From the NCBI GenBank assembly GCA_963701855.1, contig CAVPBK010000006.1:320001-384000 (forward strand): 64,000 nt of DNA. Direction: 5' to 3'. The DNA comes from Nitrospirota bacterium (GTDB taxonomy: Bacteria; Nitrospirota; Nitrospiria; Nitrospirales; Nitrospiraceae). This document shows, one piece after another, positions 21,465 to 31,620 of this stretch. Made by a program: the position numbers and the translations under genes. Within the stretch, counting starts at the first letter, position 1. Each line of letters opens with the position of its first letter. A model generated the notes under the pieces. That model saw only the letters and a program-made list of their open reading frames with translations, made no database searches and was not told the origin of the DNA.

Positions 21465-23304
21465 TTAAAACGCGAGACCGACGGAAAAATGCACGAACGT
21501 GTCGCCCCGCTTCGTGGTCGCGGTGTCTTGGAGCGCGAATCCTTGATCGATGATGAGCTGCCCCACATCCTTGGGAAACTTCACGCGAATCCCAGCCCCG
21601 ACCCCTTCGAGCCGGAATTGTGACGTCTGCCCAGGCTGCGCGTCCTGCACCCAGAGTTGGGCGGCATCGTAGAAGGTGGCGAACTTTACTTTGATCGTGT
21701 AATCGGCACTGCGTCGGCGCTGCCAGATTCGATCAATCGGGATGGAAATGAGTTCCGGAGTCGTCAGTTCCGCTCGACCGCGGACGGCATTGTCGCCGAT
21801 CGCTTGGTACTGAAGGTACCCTCGAACCGTATCAAATCCTCCGGCAAAATAATTTTCGGCGGGAATCAACGGCTGGCTTCCCCATTGGCCATCGGCATGA
21901 AGCGCCAGCGTAAAGTCTCCCGGCAAGGGCTGCGCACGATCGAGCCCGCCCTGCAGCACGGCAAATGTCCCCGTCGATCCTTGGCGGTTGCCCGGCTGGC
22001 TGGGATCGTTGGGATTTCCTGCGAAATCCTGCTCCGTTCCGCCAGGGATCGTGCCCGCAATATAGCCCTTGGCCGACAACGACAGTTTCGTCAGACCCAA
22101 TCGATCCGGATAGAAGCCGGTATAGGCCACTGACGCCGGAGTGTACTGAACCGGACTCTTCACCACTGCCGTCCCACCGCCAGGAAATGTCGCGTTCGAG
22201 GGCTCCAGTCGTTTGTAGTCAACCCCGACTGACAGTTGATGCGTGTTCGATCCTCCGGAAAAAATCGGGAATATATAGCGAAATCCCGCGACGGTTGCAT
22301 TGCCGGCGATCGCGACATCGCCTCCACCTCCGAGTGAAATGCCCGACCCTGCCAAGACCGAGTTACTTTTCGAATGGGAACCGTAGACGGCCAGCAGATG
22401 ATCGGGCCATCTTACCGGGTAGACGAAACTCGCTCCGTAGTTCTGGACTGCGCCCCAATCCGTCGGCGTCTGGACCGTATTGACCGTGAAAATTTCGTCC
22501 CCACCGAAAAGATTGGTATGTTGAACTTCTGCGAGTAAACGATTTTGGGGGGTCGTGATCGGTCCCCTGTTATCGGCTTCCAGCTTCCCGTGAACCGGCA
22601 GACGATCTTTTACTTTGAGTTCGAGATCCACCGTTCCCGGCTCCGTGCCGGGCTTCAGCACCGGCGCCACTTGGAGATCCGGGTTTGCATTGATCGCCGA
22701 GAGTTCTTTCACGAACTTAGGCTCATAGAGCACTGTTCCGATCTGGATGGACGGCAGTTTTTCGAGAATACGGTATCGGTTGTAGTACTGCTGCCCCGTC
22801 ACCTTCACTTCGACGAGAGGGGCTTCAATCACTTGGAGTGTGACGCTACCCTGCTCGATGGTCTGCTCCGGAAGGTTCACCAGGACGGTGGGATACCCCG
22901 CCGCGTGATAGGCCTTCTCCAGCTCGGCACGCGCCTGGTCGACTTCCTTGAATTGAAAGGGGGCGCCTTTGTATTTGTCGAGAATCTCGTCGATCTTCTG
23001 TTGGATCAAGATCGTGTTGCCTTCGACGTTGAATTTCGACACAGTCATGGCGCCCGGCCTTACCTGCTCCGGCCGGCCGTCTTGATTCGGGACGGGACCG
23101 TTCGTGCCCGGTTCTCCCCGCATCGCTCGTGCGCCGCTCTTGGTCATCTGCACGCGTGGCAGACAACCCTGATAGTCTGCGTGGTGGAGAGACGATCCCT
23201 GGATCCTGATGGTTCATCGCGCCCCCCATTGCTTCCGATGTCACCCCAAGCCACACGAAGCACAGGACTATCCCAGCTAATACCTTCCCCGACTGATACT
23301 TCAT
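21465..23304 (-). CDS. TpsB (ShlB/FhaC/HecB) outer-membrane transporter; signal peptide in another frame
   Basis: POTRA (FNVEGNT, YHAAGY), VRGY loop motif, C-terminal F. The frame starting MKYQSGKVLAGIVLCFVW (23304) must shift +1 between about 23210 and 23050 to join 21465-23153. Confidence 0.85.
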
Positions 23305-23580
23305 GCTCCATTGCTTTCCCCGGAACAAAGAGAGTTTTGTACTCTGCTCAGGGAGGTTTTCTAGACTCCGGGCAAGGACGAAGTCTTCTGCGTAGTTCTG
23401 CTGTCCGACAAATTATCGGCTCGCGTCCAAGAGGTTCAATAGTGAATATAGTGGAGAGATACTGGTACAGCGTTACGGAATTGTTATCGAGGCATTTGGC
23501 AGCTGTTAATTATCGTAATCGCCTGTAATTAAGACGTTTTTCCCCTTGCCATGGAACCCGGCTTGTTGTTAGGAAGAGCC

Positions 23581-24552
23581 ATGCGAGTAACTTTGCCGAT
23601 TCCAAGCACGCGGAAGCTGATGATCTGTCTGTATCTGGGTCTGTTGACTCTCATTGCCGCTCACATCGTGAACGCCTTTGTCGCCCACGAGCTGCTCGTA
23701 CCGGACATGCTTCCTCCTCCGTTGCCCTCGCAGGACGGTGCCCATCAGGATTCTGTGTCTCCTCAGCAGCTAGCACAGGACATGATGACTCGCGGTCTAT
23801 TCGTACTGCCCGCGGAATCATCGCAGGGCGCAGGATCTTCGACAAGCACTGGACTGGGACCTCCCCTCGAAGCGGCCAAGAAGCTATTGCTGCATGGCAC
23901 GGCACTCGGGGTCGACGATAGACCGATGGCGATCGTTCAGGATCGATCAACTCAGCAACAGAAATTGCTGCATCTCCACGACCATATTCCTAACGTGGGC
24001 GAACTTGTTTCCATTGAAAAAACTCGTGTGTTATTCCAAGACAGGGGGCAAGAGGAATGGCTTGAACTGGGGATACTCGCCGACTTGGAACAATCGCGGC
24101 GCATGCCGCCTCTCCCGGAATCCTCACAAGGACGGCCTCTTGCCATCTCTCAGCCTCCCCGTTCCACCAGCAATGCCGGCCTCACGCGGATGGCGTCACT
24201 GAATTCCACCTTGTCCTCCGCAGTCAGCAGTAAGCCGATTCAGATCCTCGATCGTCTTGAATTGACCAAGGCTCTCTCGGACATCCCTCTCTTACTATTG
24301 CAGGCCCAACCGGTCGTCTCAATAATCGACGGGCGGTTCAATGGCATCCTCCTTGAGGCTGTGCGCTTCGGCGGATTATACCAGACGATAGGTTTGCAGT
24401 CAGACGACGTGCTAAAACGCATCAATGGAATGGAACTCCGCGACCCGAACATGGTCATTGCCGCCCTTGCGCAGATGAAGAACGAACACCGGGTGAAACT
24501 GGATCTTGTTCGTAATGGTACGCCTCGCACTTTTACTTACGAAATCCGCTGA
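23581..24552 (+). CDS. gspC: Type II secretion protein GspC-like (TM, HR and PDZ domains)
   Basis: N-terminal TM, LLLHGT HR-domain motif, PDZ GLQSDDVLKRING...RNG. Confidence 0.8.
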   Translation: MRVTLPIPSTRKLMICLYLGLLTLIAAHIVNAFVAHELLVPDMLPPPLPSQDGAHQDSVSPQQLAQDMMTRGLFVLPAESSQGAGSSTSTGLGPPLEAAKKLLLHGTALGVDDRPMAIVQDRSTQQQKLLHLHDHIPNVGELVSIEKTRVLFQDRGQEEWLELGILADLEQSRRMPPLPESSQGRPLAISQPPRSTSNAGLTRMASLNSTLSSAVSSKPIQILDRLELTKALSDIPLLLLQAQPVVSIIDGRFNGILLEAVRFGGLYQTIGLQSDDVLKRINGMELRDPNMVIAALAQMKNEHRVKLDLVRNGTPRTFTYEIR

Positions 24553-24772
24553 TCAATCTCACACTCTCGATCGTCCCCCTACGCACATCCTCATGTGGGG
24601 TTTCTCACCTCTACGTTTTTGACCAACTGATCATCGCCGAATTAACCGAACGTTAATCTTGGCGTAATGGGTACGTCATTGGGGATGGAATAAGGTGGCT
24701 CGGACTTTTGTCGACTGATTTTGCACACCTTTGCGTGCAGAGTCTACCCATCGGGACTTAGGAGGCGTGGAA

Positions 24773-25570
24773 TTGAATCGGCTCGTAACAATTGGTGTCT
24801 TGGTTCTGGTGTTCCTCCTTCAGGTGGAGCCGGCTCGAAGTGAATGGTACTTGGGCGGCTACGGAGGCTATAGTGCGGCCCAACCGCTTAAGGATGTCAC
24901 CATGAATAATTATGGGTATAACTTGGCGGTGAACCGGTACGGGTATGGCCCTAGTAACGCAGAGTTTGGAGACAGCTTAACCCAAAACTTCCAGACCTCT
25001 GACCTGTCTCTTAAGCAGTCTGCTCTCTTTGGCGGGAAGGGTGGATATTTCTTCAACGACGAGGGCTTCTCGTGGCTGGGCGTGGAGTTGGAAGCGTTTA
25101 CGACGACTCCAACGATCAAAACGCAGACTGTAACAACGAACCAGGATATCACATTTCTCCTTGGTCCAGATCACGCTCCCGGAGCTTGCCCTTTGCCACC
25201 ACCAAATACCCAGTGCTCAGTCCAGGAAAATTTGAAATCGACGTTGCCCCTGACCCAAAGCACGCTCCGCTTGGTCACCGTCATCTTCAATGTGGTGGCT
25301 CGTTATCCAGGAACAACCTTCCAACCCTATATCGGTGTCGGAGGCGGCGCCTTCTACTTCAATAGCTCAGGCCAGATTGATGGCCGTCAAGTAGTGCCGG
25401 GGTTCAACGCACAGGCAGGATTGAAAGTGCTGGCGACTGAGGAGTGGGGGCTCTTTGTGGAAGGGAAGTACAACTACGCTACGATCACAAACCTCGATCC
25501 CTCCGGCTATGGACTCAGCGGCACATACAGCGCCTTCAACATTCTTGGCGGCGTTGCGTACCACTTTTAG
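24773..25570 (+). CDS. Outer-membrane beta-barrel protein (OmpA/OmpW-like)
   Basis: Signal peptide, WYLGGYGG, QPYIGVGGG, C-terminal YHF; AGGAGG upstream of TTG. Confidence 0.85.
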   Translation: MNRLVTIGVLVLVFLLQVEPARSEWYLGGYGGYSAAQPLKDVTMNNYGYNLAVNRYGYGPSNAEFGDSLTQNFQTSDLSLKQSALFGGKGGYFFNDEGFSWLGVELEAFTTTPTIKTQTVTTNQDITFLLGPDHAPGACPLPPPNTQCSVQENLKSTLPLTQSTLRLVTVIFNVVARYPGTTFQPYIGVGGGAFYFNSSGQIDGRQVVPGFNAQAGLKVLATEEWGLFVEGKYNYATITNLDPSGYGLSGTYSAFNILGGVAYHF

Positions 25571-26119
25571 CAGAGTCAATATCGTTGTTTGGCTTTTTTG
25601 GTTTGTCTTGTTTATTTGGTTGAACCGGACGAACCAGATAAACGAAATCAACCAGATAAGCAAAACAAACCAGCGTGGGATTGCTTCACGCCCCGGCTTG
25701 GCGTTTCTCCGAGCACTCGCTCATACGAGAGGGACCCTTGTGATTGAAACAGATGCAGTCTCGTCTCGCTCCGTCTCGCCGTTAACAGTTTATTAACTTA
25801 TTCGTAACTGTAATTACTGTAGGTAATTACAGTCAGTTTATCTTCTTAAAAATATGACGTTTGAATCAGTAATCTGCCCAATCCCTACAGTGTTTCTGCA
25901 TCTTCCTCTCTCCACAGCTCATTCAGGGTTTTTTTGCCCTGACCCTTCTTATCCTGAGAAGGCACACACATTGCTTAGCCGCAACACTCTCAATGTGAAC
26001 GGTTTCATTCTCCCAAGCTCTTCTCGGATCATCTGTCAGTCGACAACTCGATCTTTTGCCTGTGAGAAATAGCTTCTGCGGAACAGGATTGCCCAGGAAA
26101 AATCTAAAAGAGTAGCTGT

Positions 26120-27367
26120 ATGAATTGGCTGAGAGTCCTCCTTGGTGTGCTTGTGTTGTGGTCGAGTACTGCGTGGGGTGCCACGTTGATGTGGCAGGCC
26201 AACAGTGAGCCGGACCTGGCAGGATATCGCGTCTATCAATGCACTCTGCTACCCTGCACCCAATCGTCTGGTAATGCGTCTCTTCTCGTCACATTGGGAA
26301 CGGGGATAAGTTTCAATATCGGGACGCCGGCCGCAACTCAGTACTACTTCATTACAGCATATGATTTTTCTAATAATGAGTCAGCCATGAGCAACCTCGC
26401 GAGCATCGTTACCGCCGGGTCTCCTCCTCCGCCTTCGCCCCCTGTGAAGCCGGTAGGTCTGACGGTCGTGGGCAATCCGGCCACCGGTCCGTGGCCTCCC
26501 ACGTTGACGTGGCAGGCCAACAGTGAATCGGACCTGGCAGGATATCGCGTCTATCAATGCACTCTGCTACCCTGCACCCAATCGTCTGGTAATGCGTCTC
26601 TTCTCGTCACATTGGGAACGGGGACAAGTTTCAATATCGGAACGCCGGCCGTAACTCAGTACTACTTCATTACAGCATATGATTTTTCTAATAATGAGTC
26701 AGCCATGAGCAACCTCGCGAGCATCGTTACCGCCGGGTCTCCTCCTCCGCCTTCGCCCCCTGTGAAGCCGGTAGGTCTGACGGTCGTGGGCAATCCGGCC
26801 ACCGGTCCGTGGCCTCCCACGTTGACGTGGCAGGCCAACAGTGAATCGGACCTGGCAGGATATCGCGTCTATCAATGCACTCTGCTACCCTGCACCCAAT
26901 CGTCTGGTAATGCGTCTCTTCTCGTCACATTGGGAACGGGGACAAGTTTCAATATCGGAACGCCGGCCGTAACTCAGTACTACTTCATTACAGCATATGA
27001 TTTTTCTAATAATGAGTCAGCCATGAGCAATCTCGCGAGCATCATTACCGCCGGGTCTCCTCCCCCGCCTCCGCCCCCTGTGGGGACGGTGAGTCTGAAG
27101 GTCGTGGGCAATCCGGCCACAGGTCCGTGGGGTGTGGAAGGTTTCACGAGCGACCCACGGAATGTCATGGCAAGCATAGCCTTGGATGGGGTCGGGCATC
27201 ATATCGAACACTACGTGCCCTATGGCTTCCCTGACGACAACGGCACGACGGCCACGACGGCGCGGTTCGGCACTGGGTCGCATACGGTGGAGTTCGTGTT
27301 TTATCTGGAAGGCACCACGACCGAGATCGGGCGGGCTAGCGTGACCGTGCAGGAAGGGAGCCCCTGA
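26120..27367 (+). CDS. Secreted protein with three fibronectin type III-like repeats and Pro linkers
   Basis: LxWQANSExDLAGYRVY...YYFITAYDFSNNES occurs three times. Confidence 0.85.
   Translation: MNWLRVLLGVLVLWSSTAWGATLMWQANSEPDLAGYRVYQCTLLPCTQSSGNASLLVTLGTGISFNIGTPAATQYYFITAYDFSNNESAMSNLASIVTAGSPPPPSPPVKPVGLTVVGNPATGPWPPTLTWQANSESDLAGYRVYQCTLLPCTQSSGNASLLVTLGTGTSFNIGTPAVTQYYFITAYDFSNNESAMSNLASIVTAGSPPPPSPPVKPVGLTVVGNPATGPWPPTLTWQANSESDLAGYRVYQCTLLPCTQSSGNASLLVTLGTGTSFNIGTPAVTQYYFITAYDFSNNESAMSNLASIITAGSPPPPPPPVGTVSLKVVGNPATGPWGVEGFTSDPRNVMASIALDGVGHHIEHYVPYGFPDDNGTTATTARFGTGSHTVEFVFYLEGTTTEIGRASVTVQEGSP
26172..27134 (+). repeat. 3 x 318-bp near-identical tandem repeat
   Basis: Period 318 bp, bounded by the 9-bp direct repeat CGTGGGGTG (26172 and 27126). 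Confidence 0.95.
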
Positions 27368-27430
27368 GGTGGGCTACGGGGGTCGCAGAGGGGAGCCCCT
27401 TGTGATGGCCTGCGGTTTGTTGGAACGCAA

Positions 27431-27475
27431 TGGAGCCGGCGATCAGAATTGAACGGACGACCTGCGGTTTATGAA
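27431..27475 (-). other. tRNA 3'-half remnant (att-like site, probably tRNA-Thr-derived)
   Basis: Minus strand ...AAACCGCAGGTCGTCCGTTCAATTCTGATCGCCGGCTCCA gives a T-loop, acceptor strand and CCA, with no 5' half. Confidence 0.7.
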
Positions 27476-27615
27476 GGTGAGTAAGGCGTTTTTAAAAAGG
27501 CTCGGTGTTTCAACTGGTTTCCCCGTTTTTCTCTTTGTATCAGGCTCTGTGGTTTTCACTGTCTCCATTGATTCCGATGCGTCTTGGCCTTTACGGAAAG
27601 TTTTAGCACAAAATG

Positions 27616-28587
27616 ATATATGGACCCAGCCTTCGCGGCCACGACGGCGTGTCACGCGATGCACCAGATAAAAACAGGGTTGCGTCTATATATCCGGCCT
27701 CTCGGTGGACCACAGCTGTGTCCGGGCCTTGATGAATTACGCGCGCGTTCTCCTCATGAGCACCACGGCCTGGTGTGGGCCGACAATGTGTCCAGGGTCT
27801 GAACGCGCTGGGTGTCCCTCTGGTGTCATCACGGATCGTCCGCGCTGCACTCCGTGGTGTGAATCCTCCTGATGTGATGCGGCTCGCGTCTCCTCTCCTC
27901 CTAAAGACCGTCGCGACCCGTCCTGCCCCTAGGCGGGTGGTCGATACGCTTCATCATGGGCCAACAAGGCCCAGATCACTCGGGCATTGTTGTTGGCTCA
28001 GGCCACGGCAGCGACATTGGTGCCTTTGCGGCGCATGAGCGTGCACAGCCACTGTCCCTGCGTATCGGTCCTCCGCGCGGCTCGTTGCACGACAGCGCGC
28101 GCCCCATGAATCAGCAACGTCCGTACAGACCGACTGCCGCGTTTCGAAATCCCGCCGAAGCGCTCCTTGCCGCCACTCGAATATTGCCGAGGCACCAGCC
28201 CCACCAGGCCGCCAGATGCCGACCGTTGTGAAACGCCTGGGGCTGACCGACGGTCGCCACCAGCGCCGTGGCCGTCAGCGGACCAATCCCCGGCCCCGCC
28301 GCCAGTTTCTGGCAGACCGGATGCGCTCGGGACACGCGCTCCACCCGCTGCGTCACCCGCTCGATGCGCGCGTCGAGTTCCGTCAGTTGCGCGTACAACT
28401 CGGCGAAGGTCTCGCGGGCAAACGTGCTCAATCCCGACGCCGTGTCTCCAGAAACCGGATGAGGGCGGGCCGGACCTTCCCCGGGGATTGGCCAATCACC
28501 AATCCATCCTCGGCCAACAAACCCCGACTCTGATTGATGACGGCGGGCCGGTGTTTCACGAAGCGTGATCGCGTCCGGTGCACGATG
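27616..28587 (-). mobile_element. IS110-family (IS1111-group) remnant: truncated, frameshifted transposase plus long 3' non-coding end
   Basis: GIGPLTATALVA, GLVPRQYSSGGK and LLIHGARA motifs; downstream GGCCGGATATATAGACGCA and terminal GGGTCCATAT. Confidence 0.8.
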
Positions 28588-28589
28588 AA

Positions 28590-28791
28590 GGTCCTCGCGA
28601 ATCCCGATCGTCCCTATACAGCCATGACAACCGAGGGCAAGGCGCGCATCTTCCAAGCACTCTATGCCGATAAAGCCGCGTCTCAACACTGCGCCGATTG
28701 CCACAATGTGCACCAGAAAAGCCCAAAGAGGGATTTCAAGGCAGGAGACGTGATGGGTGGGATGTTGATAACCATTGTGCTCCCCGAATAG
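28590..28791 (+). pseudogene. C-terminal fragment of a DUF3365/Tll0287-like c-type haem protein
   Basis: CADCH followed by FKAGDVMGG; the 5' part is replaced by the IS remnant. Confidence 0.65.
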
Positions 28792-29106
28792 GAATGGCCA
28801 ACTGAAGATGAGCGACTTTCATCGACGTAGGTATAGGGGCGAGCAAGGTAGGTCGTTTGATTGATCATAATCAGTTCTCTATGGCCCCATGTTGAATATA
28901 TCGCAGATCATCAATGAAATTAGATAGATACATGCGAGGCGCATACAAACATTTTGACCCCTTAAAGACTTCGCTTTGATCTGTATCAATGAGAGAAAAC
29001 GATTCGTCCTATCTGTGATACCTTTCTATAGATAGCGTCCCGTGTTGAAACCGTTGTTTCTTGATGAGAGTTTTTCCACCTGCCACGCTCCCTATTTAAA
29101 GGATTT

Positions 29107-30438
29107 ATGTCAAACGGGAAACCACGAGTGCTGATTCTGGGTGGTGGGTTCGGCGGCATGTATGCTGCGCTGGGGTTCGAACAAGCGCTTGCGCGGGGAG
29201 CCGACTTGGACGTCACCCTCGTCAACCGCGACAACTTTTTCCTCTTTACCCCGATGCTGCACGAAGTCGCGGCGAGCGACCTCGATATCACCAATATCGT
29301 CAGTCCGATCCGCAAGCTCTTGCGTCGTGTGACGTTTTTTCATGGAGACATCGAATCCATCGATCTCGTACACAAACGAGTCGGCTTGTCGCATGGGCAC
29401 GAGGAACATTGCCATTCGCTGCCCTACGATCACCTGGTGCTCGCCCTTGGGTCGACCACGAACTTCTTCAACATCCCCGGCTTGGAAGATCGCGCGCTCA
29501 CGATGAAATCGCTGGATGATGCGATTTTCCTGCGCAACCGCCTGATCGCGAATCTGGAAGAGGCGGACTTTGAATGTGCGGCGCCCCTCCGCGCGCCCTT
29601 ACTGAATTTCGTCGTGGCGGGTGGAGGGTTCGCCGGGGTCGAAACCATCGCCGCCATGAATGACTTTCTGCGGGAGGCAGTGCGGTCGTTTCCGCATCTT
29701 CGGGAGGACATGCTTCGTATCATCCTTGTCAATTCGGAGAAGATCATTTTGCCGGAACTCGGAGAGAAGCTCGGCACTTACGCCCAGCGCAAACTCACGG
29801 AGCACAAGGTCGAAATCCATTCGAACTGTAAAGTCACAGCCGTGACGGATCGCGAGGTCACGCTCAGCGATGGCACAACGGTCACGACCAATACGCTGGT
29901 CTGGACCTCTGGGACCACCCCACCTCCCCTTTTGGACACACTGCCCTGCACGAAAACGCGTGGTCGGATCCTCGTCAACGAGTACCTGGAGGTTCCCGAG
30001 TGGCCTGGCGTCTGGGCTCTTGGCGACTGTGCGGTCGTGCCGGATCGCAAAACCGGGCAATCCCATCCTCCGACCGCGCAACACGCACTGCGCGAAGGGA
30101 AGCTGGCGGCTCAGAATATCCTGGCAACGGTGCGCGGCGAGCGGAAGAAGCCGTTCTTGTTCTCGACGCTCGGGCTCTTGGCCCCAATCGGGAAACGGAG
30201 CGGCGTCGCTAACATTCTCGGCGTGAACTTTTCAGGCTTCATTGCCTGGTGGCTGTGGCGGACGATTTACTTGATGAAACTGCCCCGATTTGAGAAGAAA
30301 GTCCTCGTGGCGTTGGACTGGACGCTCGATGTGCTCTTTTCGAAGGATCTCGTCCACTTCAGGACTGCTCGCCCACTTATCCAGCCGCTTGCGGAAGAAG
30401 ACTCGGAAAGCGAGCCAGTCCAGGTTAGTCGGCACTGA
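29107..30438 (+). CDS. ndh: Type II NADH dehydrogenase (NDH-2)
   Basis: ILGGGFGG, FTPMLHEVA, VAGGGFAGVE, ALGD and PPTAQHA motifs. Confidence 0.9.
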   Translation: MSNGKPRVLILGGGFGGMYAALGFEQALARGADLDVTLVNRDNFFLFTPMLHEVAASDLDITNIVSPIRKLLRRVTFFHGDIESIDLVHKRVGLSHGHEEHCHSLPYDHLVLALGSTTNFFNIPGLEDRALTMKSLDDAIFLRNRLIANLEEADFECAAPLRAPLLNFVVAGGGFAGVETIAAMNDFLREAVRSFPHLREDMLRIILVNSEKIILPELGEKLGTYAQRKLTEHKVEIHSNCKVTAVTDREVTLSDGTTVTTNTLVWTSGTTPPPLLDTLPCTKTRGRILVNEYLEVPEWPGVWALGDCAVVPDRKTGQSHPPTAQHALREGKLAAQNILATVRGERKKPFLFSTLGLLAPIGKRSGVANILGVNFSGFIAWWLWRTIYLMKLPRFEKKVLVALDWTLDVLFSKDLVHFRTARPLIQPLAEEDSESEPVQVSRH

Positions 30439-30617
30439 CCTCGAGCTGCCGGCCGAGGTCGCCGACGGGGGTGTCAGATTCGGCTTGGCGGATGGCGTAC
30501 ACGATCTGCTCCTCCGAAAACTTCGACTGCTTCATGGGTCCGCTCCTTTCGTGCATGACCACCGAAGCGCCATCGTACTCCAGTTTCAAAATGCCGTCGT
30601 TTTCCGGGGAGACGTCA
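30425..30617 (-). mobile_element. IS3-family left-end remnant
   Basis: TGACGTCTCCCCGG IR followed by OrfA start MKQSKFSEEQIVYAIRQAE, then truncated. Confidence 0.8.
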
Positions 30618-30833
30618 GTAGGAGTTGTACGCAGAAGGCGCAATAGGCCGCTGGAGTAAATACGAGTATTTGAAATATGGTTTGGAAGTTACCCGTGCTC
30701 ATTGCCGGCTGTCGTGTCGAATATAGTGTGGTAGAGAATTGCATATTCGCAGCCTCGCCCTAACTCGTTGCAGTAGCAAGGTTCATTCTTAACCTGTGGT
30801 TCAAGTGTGGCTAATGTGATCAGATCTTGACCA

Positions 30834-30878
30834 AAAAGCTGGCGAGAGGAATTGAACCTCCAACCTGCGGTTTGCAAA
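30834..30878 (-). other. Second tRNA 3'-half remnant
   Basis: Minus strand AAACCGCAGGTTGGAGGTTCAATTCCTCTCGCCAGCT aligns with 27431-27475; CCA lost. Confidence 0.65.
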
Positions 30879-31208
30879 CTCGATTCTGACCAACCTGACA
30901 CGACCCACGACGAGCTAACACAAGGAAAACTGAAGAATCCGAGGAACCATCCTCTTGATGGGTCGGGATGGCTTGTCCTGTTCCGGTAGCAGAGTGGTAG
31001 CAGACGATCCTGTGTGCGACCAACATCTTTCATTTCCTTTTCGCCCCCCTAGCCGTGCTGTGCGCTGTGTTCGAAAACCCTTCTCCAATTCAAGACCCGA
31101 GAATTCGATTTTCTAGGACTTCGACTTATCCTTCCGCCTGTTCAACTCTCAAATATCAGCGTTGCCGAAACATGGGTGAAATAGTGAACGTGTTTCTAAC
31201 GGCAGGGG

Positions 31209-31248
31209 TTGACTTATTCTATATTTCTATTATTATAGAAGTATAGAA
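31209..31248 (+). promoter_or_regulatory. ars promoter with ArsR operator
   Basis: TTGACT-N16-TATTAT overlapped by a 14-bp inverted repeat TTCTATATTTCTAT/ATAGAAGTATAGAA. Confidence 0.7.
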
Positions 31249-31260
31249 GGAGTGCCACAT

Positions 31261-31605
31261 ATGCCCAAACAGGATGAAGCCGAATTGATCACTCGCTATG
31301 CCGATATGTTCTCGGCCATGGGAACCGAGCCGCGCCTCAGGATTGTGCGCCTGCTGTTAAGCGCCCATCCGGAAGGGATGGTCGTCGGCGAAATCGGGAG
31401 CGAACTAGAAATCCCGAACTCGACCCTCTCACACCACCTTGAAAAGCTCAAGAACGAGGATCTCGTCAAGGTGCGTCGCGAGGGTACCTATCTCTGGTAC
31501 TCGGCCAATGCCGACACGCTGGAGGAGCTGCTCGGCTTCCTCTATGCCGAATGCTGCACCCGTAACAAAGCGATCGCGCCGCAGAAGATTGTCTGCTGCA
31601 AATAA
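31261..31605 (+). CDS. arsR: ArsR-family repressor
   Basis: HTH STLSHHL; C-terminal ECC and terminal CC cysteine pairs. Confidence 0.9.
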   Translation: MPKQDEAELITRYADMFSAMGTEPRLRIVRLLLSAHPEGMVVGEIGSELEIPNSTLSHHLEKLKNEDLVKVRREGTYLWYSANADTLEELLGFLYAECCTRNKAIAPQKIVCCK

Positions 31606-31620
31606 CGAAAGGACAAGACC

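Noticed and set aside
22545..23528. 327-aa plus-strand ORF
   Set aside because: Antisense to tpsB with no recognisable motif.
26172..27134. Possible CRISPR or DGR-like repeat
   Set aside because: In-frame 318-bp coding repeats with no spacers and no reverse transcriptase.
27431..27475. Functional tRNA gene
   Set aside because: No D-arm or 5' acceptor strand; only the 3' half is present. The same applies to 30834-30878.
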